From a virus, in IMG/VR virus record IMGVR_UViG_3300025141_000063, positions 8,144 to 72,143 of that record: a stretch of DNA of 64,000 nt. One strand, written 5' to 3'. This document shows, piece after piece, positions 1 through 8,077 of this stretch. Numbering within the stretch: position 1 is the stretch's first letter; every line of letters starts with the position of its first letter. Position numbers and translations under genes: made by a program. Under the pieces are notes generated by a model that worked only from the letters and a program-made list of their open reading frames with translations, ran no database searches and had not been told where the DNA came from.

Positions 1-1857
1 GAGCAGGTCGGCGAGGTGGTGCACGGCGCTCTCCATCTCCGGGAGGTAGCCGATGTACATGCGGACGTTCTCGGGCCGCAGGAAGTTGAGGCCGAGGATC
101 TGGTCCACGGTGACCGAGTCGTCGACTTCGAGGGCGTGCTTCACGAGGCAAGTGCGGTGTCCATCGAGCGTGCTGGCGAGGCCCGAGACGGAGGCCGTCT
201 TCTCCCGCTGCACCAGGTCCGCGGGCGTCAAGGACCTGACCCCCTCGATGCGGGTCATGCCCCGGCGCTGCACGCTGGCCAGCTTCTCCTTGGCGTACTC
301 GGGGGCCACACCCATCGCTCCGAGGATGAAGAGGGCGTCCGCCTCCTTCACCTGCTTGAAGTGCTGGCCCTGAACGGTGTCGAGCAGCGGGCTCCGCAGG
401 GTGTAGGTGCCCCCGCCGCCCACGACGTCGACGTAGTCACAGCCGACGCGGGCCTGCTTCTCGATGCCCGCGGCGTCCTTCAGCTCCAACTGCTTGTTGG
501 CGAGCTTCCAGAAACGGAAGAAGGTGGGGACCGCGTAGTGGTTCTCGGCGAGCTTGACCGGGCCGTCCTCCAGGTCGGGGAGGAGCTCCAGGTAGGCCTC
601 CTTGCCGAGGGCCGACTTGACCATGATCATCTGCTGGTCGCCGCGGGCGACCAGACCCTGTACCTCGAAGGGCACGGTGGCCACCTTGGTGCGGGGGTTC
701 ACGAGGTAGCCGAAGCCTTCTACCCTGCTGCTCCCTGTGGGAACGAGCGTGCCTGCCGATTTCGTCGTCGCGTGCACCTCGGGACTCAGCGAGTACCCCA
801 GGTGGCTGTAGGCCAGCTTCACGCCGGGCATGTCGCGGCCGTCGAGGTTGCGGACCTCGGTGTAGACGCCCATCGGGACGCTCCGGTTGGGGGAGTCGTA
901 CATGCCCGCTTCCTTCACCAGGAAGGGCTCGGGGTACTTGGTGTCCTCGTACGTGGTGGCGTGCTTGACGATGGTGAAGGAGTCGTTGGGCTCGAGGTCC
1001 ATGACCTCGTCCCCTGCGATGGCGCGGGCTCGGTCAGCCGGGATCACCTCCATCGCGGGCTCGAAGCTGGAGTGGCTGGCGGCCTTGAGCAGGAAGGTGC
1101 CGTCGTACTGGCGCTCGATCTGCACCACGTCCGGGTCGGTGAAGCGCGGCGATGCCGTCTTCTCCACGCCGGGGCCGTTGGCGATGGCCTGCAGGAAGGG
1201 GCCGACCGACTCGTGCCGCTGAACGGCCCAGGCCGTCGCCGGGTCTTCGAGGGCCGTGGCGATCTTGGCCATGTCGTCCCGATGGAGGGAGCCGGACAGC
1301 ATCAGCGCTTCGAGGAGGAAGGGCGGCTTGCCGGAGGCGTACTTGCCCAGGTTCATGCCCTGGCCCGAGACGCGACCGGGCAGGTGGCCGGCGAAGCCAG
1401 AGTTGTAGCCGGGAGGGAAGAGATCAGAGGCGATGTTCTTGTCCGGCGGTGGCACGTCGGCCCCATCGAACGTCTCCGTCATGTGCATCTCTTCGCGGAT
1501 GCGCTTCTCCGTCAGTGGGCAGGCCGTCTCGCCCCGCATGTAGATGTCGAAGGGGTAGAGCTGCCAGTCCTTGATGATCAGCAGCACGCGCAGGTGGTTG
1601 ACCGGCTTGTTGCCCGCCAGCTCCTTGACGGAGCGCTCGGTGGGGTTCCGGACGGAGACGAACCCGAACCCGTAGCCCTGCGCGGCGTCCAGGTTGGTCA
1701 GGTGCACGTCGATCTCGTAGTCGGCGAGGTACGGGCACTGCTGGGTGACGGCGCTCATGATCACACGCGGCCACTCCGAGGTGTCGCCAGTCATCCGCGT
1801 GAACGGGACCGCGATCTTCTCGAAGGTGAGCTCGGGAGGGGTGACGAACAGTTCCAT
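1..1857 (-). CDS. Putative virion/head-associated protein rich in K-x-A motifs (partial, runs off the window start; absent from the ORF track)
   Basis: Hand translation from ATG 1857 (GGAG RBS just upstream): MELFVTPPELTFEKIAVPF...VDQILGLNFLRPENVRMYIGYLPEMESAVHHLADLL. Open for 619 codons with GC3-biased codons, directly downstream of 1866..2990. Confidence 0.85.
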   Translation of the reverse strand, partial: MELFVTPPELTFEKIAVPFTRMTGDTSEWPRVIMSAVTQQCPYLADYEIDVHLTNLDAAQGYGFGFVSVRNPTERSVKELAGNKPVNHLRVLLIIKDWQLYPFDIYMRGETACPLTEKRIREEMHMTETFDGADVPPPDKNIASDLFPPGYNSGFAGHLPGRVSGQGMNLGKYASGKPPFLLEALMLSGSLHRDDMAKIATALEDPATAWAVQRHESVGPFLQAIANGPGVEKTASPRFTDPDVVQIERQYDGTFLLKAASHSSFEPAMEVIPADRARAIAGDEVMDLEPNDSFTIVKHATTYEDTKYPEPFLVKEAGMYDSPNRSVPMGVYTEVRNLDGRDMPGVKLAYSHLGYSLSPEVHATTKSAGTLVPTGSSRVEGFGYLVNPRTKVATVPFEVQGLVARGDQQMIMVKSALGKEAYLELLPDLEDGPVKLAENHYAVPTFFRFWKLANKQLELKDAAGIEKQARVGCDYVDVVGGGGTYTLRSPLLDTVQGQHFKQVKEADALFILGAMGVAPEYAKEKLASVQRRGMTRIEGVRSLTPADLVQREKTASVSGLASTLDGHRTCLVKHALEVDDSVTVDQILGLNFLRPENVRMYIGYLPEMESAVHHLADLL

Positions 1858-1865
1858 GGGATCTC

Positions 1866-2990
1866 CTATCCTACCTGCACCTTCGAGGACATGGCCAAGG
1901 CCATCGCCTTCGACGAAACCTTCGCGGCAGATACTACCGCAGCACATGAAGCCGGCGTGGGGGTAAGCGCCTGCAGGGCTGTGAGCAAGGGCTGCAGTGC
2001 GGCGTTCAACTCCGTGCCCTTCACGACAGGACTACCACCCCCGGCCAGTTTGAGCGACGTCAGAGTGCCGGAGCTCTTTTCCAGTAGCGCCTCCAGCGCG
2101 CCCCCGTTGGCGCCGAGGTGGATGATGCCGGCGTTCACTTTGAAGCCCGGCGAGTCCGTCTTCACGTCCGTCGCAGCCGAGAGCTTGACCGCCTGGGTAG
2201 TGGACTTGATCTCGACGTCTTCCTTCGCCTGAAGCAAGATCGACTTCTCCGACTTCAGGGACCACGCGCCCTTCAGGACCCAGGACACGCTGCCGTCCTT
2301 TGCGACGTCGAGCTCCACCTGCACCGTCCTCCCGTCCTCCCCCTTGTCGTACACCTTGAGGCTCAGCGCCGAGGACGTCGCGGAATCCCCGTGCTGCCCC
2401 AAGATCAGCTCAGCGAGAGGGTGGGGGTCGTCGGCCTGCTCCTTGGCGAAGATCTTGCACCTGGTGGGCCGGCTGCCGGTGGTCGTAGTCTCGTCCCGAT
2501 CCACCTCCCAGAGGAAGTCCCCTCCGAAGGCACGCAGGTGGTAGCTCTCGCACAGGTCCCGGATGATGTTGTTGATCGGGATGTACATCCGCTGGGCCAG
2601 GGGAGTCGCCTGGATCTGCACCACCCCGCCGCGCCGTACGAACACTGAGTTGCCGTCCCGCGTCCCCAGGTAGATGTCGCCGGGGTTCATGGGGCGACGG
2701 CTGGAGTCGTAGCTGCCCTCCTCGTTCCAGACCATGCCGAACCCGAGGATGAAGGCGCGGTCGCCGATCTCACTGGACTGGCACACCCAACAGGTCGCGC
2801 CCGGCTCCGGCATCACAAACATGCCCTCGCCCTCCGCGTAGTGCACGTAGGGCGCCATCAACGGGATGCGGTCCCACCTGCGGGAGGACGACTGGGACGC
2901 CACGCTGACCGAGTAGCGGGCGACGTTGACGTCGTAGACCACGCCTGTCTCGATGACTGGGGGGCCGAAGACCCCTGTCGCGTGCGACAT
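1866..2990 (-). CDS. Baseplate central spike / gp5-gpV-like protein (N-terminal OB fold, beta-rich C-terminus)
   Basis: GVVYDVN...V.V...IPLMAPY...GMFVMPEPGATCWV resembles the gpV/gp5/VgrG OB-fold signature, followed by short beta-strand repeats. Confidence 0.6.
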   Translation of the reverse strand: MSHATGVFGPPVIETGVVYDVNVARYSVSVASQSSSRRWDRIPLMAPYVHYAEGEGMFVMPEPGATCWVCQSSEIGDRAFILGFGMVWNEEGSYDSSRRPMNPGDIYLGTRDGNSVFVRRGGVVQIQATPLAQRMYIPINNIIRDLCESYHLRAFGGDFLWEVDRDETTTTGSRPTRCKIFAKEQADDPHPLAELILGQHGDSATSSALSLKVYDKGEDGRTVQVELDVAKDGSVSWVLKGAWSLKSEKSILLQAKEDVEIKSTTQAVKLSAATDVKTDSPGFKVNAGIIHLGANGGALEALLEKSSGTLTSLKLAGGGSPVVKGTELNAALQPLLTALQALTPTPASCAAVVSAAKVSSKAMALAMSSKVQVG

Positions 2991-5900
2991 CAGGTGCCCT
3001 TCCGGGCCCAGCCCCTGCGCTTGCGGCGCAGGGCGGGCGGGGTGCGATTGGCCTTGCGTACGCTCTTCAAGATCTTGTCCGTCGTCGCGCTGGGCATCGA
3101 CGGGAGGACCCCGCGCCCCGTCTTGGAGCCCTTGGGGGCGACCCCCTTCAACCCCTTCTCGGGGATGTAGAGGGTGCGGTAGTCCACCGTCACCTCCTCG
3201 CCAGCGTCCAGGTCACGGAGAGCCACCATGAAGCGGGCCTTGCCCTTCTTCTTGACCTCTGCGGTGGGTCGGGGGCTGTGGTTGGTCTTCTTGCCCTCCG
3301 ATGTCTGCATCCCCCGCTCGTCGAAGGCGACGGCGACGGCCTTGCCCTTCTTGACGGGCCCGTCGGTGAAGAAGCCCTTGCCGTGGATCTCGGAGTCTCG
3401 GATGGCTGCCGCCTTCGAGTGCAGGACCGCCTCGGCCGCTCTGGGCGCCTCTGCTCGAGCCTTGGGGTTCGTGATGAACTGGCCCGCCAGCCGAGCCAGC
3501 GCGAGCGCCCCGAGCTCGGACGGAGGCTTCTTGGGCGCCATGCTGTGCAGGGCCGAGAAGTTCCTCGCGTGATCAGGGGAAGACACGAAGGCGTGGAAGG
3601 CGTCCTTGGCTTGGCGGCGGAGGACGGGGTTCTTCTTCACCTGCCCGGCGGCCGAGACCAGCTTCCTGGGGCTGGGAGACCCGAGGAGCGGCAGCACCAG
3701 CTCCCTCAGCTCTCGAGCACGCTTCTCCCTGCCGGAGAGCAGCTTGCCCTGCAGGTGGTCGTCCCAGTCCTTGGCCGTCTTGCCGGACTCGTCGGTGAAG
3801 AAGCCCTTGCCGTGGATCTTGGAAGGAGCGACGGCCGCCTGCTTCTGCAACGGGATCCTGTAAGGCATGACCATCATCTCGTTGTGCAGCTGCTCCTGCA
3901 GCAAGAACTTCGAGGGGAATCGCTGCGGGCGCGCATCGCTCGAAAGGGCGGGCGCCTCCGGGTGCTTCTTTCTCCACGCCGCGTACTGCGCGTGGAGAAT
4001 TTGGTGATGGTCGTCCCCCTCCTTAAAGTCGAACCGAGCGCCAGGGTGCTTGGCCCACGCGGCGGTGCCTTGGTCCGCCGCCAGGATCTTCATGTTCTTC
4101 GCTCCCAACGACCTTCCGGCGCGCAAGCCGGCCTGCATCACCGCTCCCCCGATCCCCTTCTTCCTATGCTCCGGCTTCAAGTACAGGGACGCCCCGTACA
4201 CGTCCCACGTCCCTTTTCGCCTCCGCTTCAAGCTGACAGTGGCGCCGTGAGGCACCGCCCAACTCTTCTGCGTCGCATCACTACCATCGGGCGCCCTGAT
4301 CGGGATAGTGGCGTCGGGAGCCATCACCCCCAGGAAACGACGAGTCTTCACCGGGCCGAAGCTGTAGCCCTCGGGCAACTTCGTCCCGGCAAGCTGCCTC
4401 TCGACGTGCTGCTTCAACACCTTCGGCCGGTCTCGCCACCGCGTCTTCGCCAGCAACTTCGACGCGGTCTTGGACTGCTCCTCGTCCACCTCCTTCTGTG
4501 CGCGACGCCGCATCACCAGGGCGGTCGAGATGCGCTTGCCGCGGACGGCCGCTGTCTTGGGGTTCTTCTGCCCGCGGCGGTAGGCCCCATACGCCAGCGC
4601 TGCCACAGCCAGGGGAACAATGGCGTGCCCCGCCATTGTTCCCGCCCGTCTTCCGATCAGAGCGGCCTTGTCCGGGCCGTGCACCGCCTTGGAGACTGTC
4701 CGCGATGAGTCCTCAAAGTCCACTGGTGCCGTCGCGAAGCCCTCGGGGGTGAGCTTCCCCTTGTACGCCGCGTCGATCAGGTTGCTGCAGGTGTACTCCT
4801 CCCTCTCTCTGGCGCGAATCAGCTTCTTCCCCACCAAGGAGACCGCGGGGTCCGGGGTCAGCATCCCAAGCCCCGTGGCGGCCAGCCCTGTGTTGTCGTA
4901 GTCCTTGCCCACCTGGCGCTCGGCGAAGGTCACCGCACGGCGACGCAGCTTGTCGTTCTTCGGCGCGACGATCTTGTACTTCTTGGTGGCGAGCTGCTTC
5001 CGGATGTCGGTCTTCATGACCCCCTGCCCAATACGGGCCTCAACCATCTCGCCGTCGCCAACGTAGATGCCCGCGTGGGTGAAGCTCCCCTGCAGCGCCT
5101 TCGACGTCGCGACGAACCCGCGGTCGAAGAGCCGCCCTCTGCGCGTGGGCCGCTGGGACTTCTGCGGAGACATGAGCACGATGTCCCCTGGCGCCAGGGC
5201 GTCGAAGTGCTCCTGTGCCATCGCCGTCTTCATCGCCGGGGCCTCGGGTGCTTCAGGGGGCTTCGGAGGCTTCGGGGGCTGTGGCGGCTTGGGCAGCTTG
5301 AAGATCTTGCCGCCGGACTCCACCTGCGCGGCTCCCTGCGGAGCCCCGAACCGGCGGATCTGCTGCCGCAGTGCGGCCGGGGCGTGGACCATGCGCTGAT
5401 CTTGCCCTGCATCGGAGGCGGCAGTCCTCCCTCGTCGAAGCGCGGAGTACGCCTTGTAGGCTGGGTTGCCTCGATACTGCTTCGTCGGGGCGTTCGAGAT
5501 GCCGCCCTTCCGGCGGATGAAGCCGAAGGCCCGCTTCTCCACGGAGGCGGTGACGTCCATCTGGGAAGCCGCCGCAGCGATATTCCTCACCGCCCCGAGC
5601 CGACGGGTGGCGGGCCCGCGCTGTCTGGCCAGGGTAGCCGCGCTCCGCCGCGCGTGGGAGGTCGCCGCGGCCGTGTTGCCCCTAGCCCGCTGCGCGACTG
5701 CGCGGCGGGCATGTCCGTACCCCGTAGGACGGACCAAAGAGACCTTGCCCGTCTGCTGTCTGACCCTCCGTGCCGTAGTTCTGTGCCTGGCGAGGCTCCT
5801 TGCAAGATCTCGCCGCTGAGCAACAGGCCTCATGGCTCCTGCCACGCCAGCTACAAGTCCTGCGCCAGACGCAGATGGGGTGTTGGTAGCCACGTTCGTG

Positions 5901-8077
5901 GCAGCATGGGTCAGCCGAGGCATGCGCCGCGCCGCCGCCCCCCAGAGATCCACGGCCTTGTCGTTGAGGTAACCCGCCTGCTTCTGCATCGAGGCTTCCT
6001 GGGCCTTCCGCTCCCGGCGAGCTCGGAGGAGGCGGTGCACTCCGTACCCTGCCAGCGCCGTCCCACCGATGACTGCCCCGCCGATGGCCATCTGCCTGCC
6101 TGTCGGACGCCATCCGGTGCGAGGAGCTGCGGAAGTCGTTGCCGGGGCAGTCGTCGGAGCGGGACGAGATGCGACCACCTTCTCCGCGACCTGCTTCGCT
6201 ACAGGGTTGGCCGGGCGAGAGGCCACCACCTTCGCAGCAGCCTGCTGAGCCACTGGAGCTGCGGCCGGGGCTACGACCTTCTTCGCAACCGCCTGGGCGG
6301 CGGGAGCAGCCGCGGGGCGGGACGCTACGACCTTCTCTGCCGCCCGCCTCGCTACTGCAGGAGCGGGCTTGGCCGCCGCTTCCTGAGCCTTTGCAGCGGC
6401 AGCGTCCCGCTGCTTCTTGAAGGTAACGGGGTCGATGCCGGCCCTTCGGGCAGGGCGCTCGATGTCCCGGTGATACCTCTGGTTCTCCAGAGTCTGCTTG
6501 TGCCAGAGCATCTCCTCTTTCGGCCTGCCCGTCCTGACCTTCTCCTGGAGGAACTCATGCAACTCCCTGTGCCGGTGCTCCACCGGGCCCGCTCGATTCT
6601 TGAGCAGGTGTCGACTGCGCTGAAGTTGCGCCTTGTCCCACTTATCGCCGCCTTCGCGGACCTTCTTCTCGAGGTCCCGGCTGTCCAGGTACTCCAGCCG
6701 CTTGTACGTCTGCACGTCCTGGCGGGACGGTCCTCCCGGCCTCCACTCCGGCTCAGCAGGTCGCGTGAGCGTCGAGGGATCCCGATTTCGCAGGTACCGG
6801 GGCTTCCCGGCCGTCTTCTCCAGATCGGGGAAGGTACGATCCGTCACCTTCGAGCGTAGAGACTTCGCATACTCCAATAGCCTCCGACGGTTCTCAGGGG
6901 TGTCCTCCATCTTCGCCGTCGCCCATAGAGGGGCCAGGCGATTGGCCGAATCACGCTCGTTCGGGTACAGCTGCACGTCGAAAGCGTCCCCCGCCCTCCG
7001 CATGCGTACGTTCGGCTTGTCGAGCAGCACCTTGTTCGTTCTGGAGGAGACGTCCCCCAAGTGCCTCTCGGGCCCGTCTCTCTTCTCGAACCACTTCTCC
7101 AGCTCACTCCATGGCAAGTCTGGGGTTGGAGGCAGCCTTTCCTGCCCCTTGAAGTGGAAGTCTCGACTCTGGTTGTCTAGCGCCTGCGCGACTCCGCCGA
7201 AGTACTCCGGAACAGGCTTCATGGCGTGATAGCCCCTACCCGCCAGGGCCCCTACTCCTCCCCCAACTCCAGCGCCGATGAGGCCCCGCTTCAGCTTCTT
7301 GCCCTTCTCCGCGCTCGTGGCACCGACGGCGGCTCCCGTCGCTGCACCGAGGCCCGCGCCTACCAAGGTGCGCTTGTGCTTGGACGTCAGCGGCACCCAC
7401 GCCTCCTTCACGGTCTCCCCCGGCTCCTGCAGCACCTTCGCCACCATCTCCTGCACGAGCGCCCACAGCCCCTCACGAGTAGCAACTGCCGGTTGACGTT
7501 CTCCCATGGGTGCGGGGGATTCCGGAAAATCGGTCCGCAGGTGCGAGGCGATTGCACGGACCTGGTCCATGTCGAGCTCAGTGAAGCCTCGGCCCTTGTT
7601 CAGGTTCTGCAGCCACTCCGCCGTATGCCGAGGCGTGCTGTACCGCCGCTCTTTCCACAGCTGTGGATGGAGGCTGTGGGGAACTCCGTGTCGAGTGAAG
7701 AGGGCGATGGTCTGGTCGAGGCCAAACTTGTCGCAGGCCATCTCGAGGTGGATGGTCGGGCGGAAGTCCCGGAGGTACTCCTCGTCGGTACGAGCGTCGA
7801 TGACGTGCCCGAGGTCGTGGTACCCGGACCAGGCCCGGTCCTCCAGGGAGACGGGGACACCCCGCCGGCGCATGGCGAGGTAGATGACCTTGTTGACCTC
7901 GTCCTGCGCGGCGTAGCTGGGCATGTCCTCCAGCACCGTCAGGTCGTAGTCGTACTTCGCCAGCTCCCCCTCCAGGTTCGAGAGCACGAGCTTCCATGCT
8001 CGGCCCTCCTCCGCTTCGGGAGGACGCGCTTCCGCGGCCCCCGTCTTGACGAAGGAGGTCAGGTCGTCAGTACGCAT
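2990..8077 (-). CDS. Multi-domain polyprotein (zincin-like, glycine-zipper modules, permuted NlpC/P60, GNAT, SET), modules delimited by K-x-A
   Basis: Likely start ATG 8077 (MRTDDL) overlapping the RNAP stop. Motifs HDLGH...EMACDKF; PGDIVL...THAGIY...YTCSNL; LYLKPEHRKKGIG; IHGKGFF...NHS...GEEVTVDY. Confidence 0.85.
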   Translation of the reverse strand: MRTDDLTSFVKTGAAEARPPEAEEGRAWKLVLSNLEGELAKYDYDLTVLEDMPSYAAQDEVNKVIYLAMRRRGVPVSLEDRAWSGYHDLGHVIDARTDEEYLRDFRPTIHLEMACDKFGLDQTIALFTRHGVPHSLHPQLWKERRYSTPRHTAEWLQNLNKGRGFTELDMDQVRAIASHLRTDFPESPAPMGERQPAVATREGLWALVQEMVAKVLQEPGETVKEAWVPLTSKHKRTLVGAGLGAATGAAVGATSAEKGKKLKRGLIGAGVGGGVGALAGRGYHAMKPVPEYFGGVAQALDNQSRDFHFKGQERLPPTPDLPWSELEKWFEKRDGPERHLGDVSSRTNKVLLDKPNVRMRRAGDAFDVQLYPNERDSANRLAPLWATAKMEDTPENRRRLLEYAKSLRSKVTDRTFPDLEKTAGKPRYLRNRDPSTLTRPAEPEWRPGGPSRQDVQTYKRLEYLDSRDLEKKVREGGDKWDKAQLQRSRHLLKNRAGPVEHRHRELHEFLQEKVRTGRPKEEMLWHKQTLENQRYHRDIERPARRAGIDPVTFKKQRDAAAAKAQEAAAKPAPAVARRAAEKVVASRPAAAPAAQAVAKKVVAPAAAPVAQQAAAKVVASRPANPVAKQVAEKVVASRPAPTTAPATTSAAPRTGWRPTGRQMAIGGAVIGGTALAGYGVHRLLRARRERKAQEASMQKQAGYLNDKAVDLWGAAARRMPRLTHAATNVATNTPSASGAGLVAGVAGAMRPVAQRRDLARSLARHRTTARRVRQQTGKVSLVRPTGYGHARRAVAQRARGNTAAATSHARRSAATLARQRGPATRRLGAVRNIAAAASQMDVTASVEKRAFGFIRRKGGISNAPTKQYRGNPAYKAYSALRRGRTAASDAGQDQRMVHAPAALRQQIRRFGAPQGAAQVESGGKIFKLPKPPQPPKPPKPPEAPEAPAMKTAMAQEHFDALAPGDIVLMSPQKSQRPTRRGRLFDRGFVATSKALQGSFTHAGIYVGDGEMVEARIGQGVMKTDIRKQLATKKYKIVAPKNDKLRRRAVTFAERQVGKDYDNTGLAATGLGMLTPDPAVSLVGKKLIRAREREEYTCSNLIDAAYKGKLTPEGFATAPVDFEDSSRTVSKAVHGPDKAALIGRRAGTMAGHAIVPLAVAALAYGAYRRGQKNPKTAAVRGKRISTALVMRRRAQKEVDEEQSKTASKLLAKTRWRDRPKVLKQHVERQLAGTKLPEGYSFGPVKTRRFLGVMAPDATIPIRAPDGSDATQKSWAVPHGATVSLKRRRKGTWDVYGASLYLKPEHRKKGIGGAVMQAGLRAGRSLGAKNMKILAADQGTAAWAKHPGARFDFKEGDDHHQILHAQYAAWRKKHPEAPALSSDARPQRFPSKFLLQEQLHNEMMVMPYRIPLQKQAAVAPSKIHGKGFFTDESGKTAKDWDDHLQGKLLSGREKRARELRELVLPLLGSPSPRKLVSAAGQVKKNPVLRRQAKDAFHAFVSSPDHARNFSALHSMAPKKPPSELGALALARLAGQFITNPKARAEAPRAAEAVLHSKAAAIRDSEIHGKGFFTDGPVKKGKAVAVAFDERGMQTSEGKKTNHSPRPTAEVKKKGKARFMVALRDLDAGEEVTVDYRTLYIPEKGLKGVAPKGSKTGRGVLPSMPSATTDKILKSVRKANRTPPALRRKRRGWARKGT
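3361..3819. repeat. Exact 30-nt direct repeat (3361-3390 and 3790-3819) encoding IHGKGFFTD
   Basis: cgtcggtgaagaagcccttgccgtggatct is present twice, with mismatches immediately outside both ends. Confidence 0.95.
6160..6350 (-). repeat. Four imperfect peptide repeats A(E/K/A)KVVA(SRPA) in an Ala/Pro-rich linker
   Basis: AEKVVASRPA / AKKVVAPAA / AAKVVASRPA / AEKVVASRPA in the translation. Confidence 0.8.

Noticed and set aside
16-2232. 738-aa plus-strand ORF
   Set aside because: Antisense shadow of the real minus-strand genes (1..1857, 1866..2990); typical of high-GC3 DNA, with no motifs.
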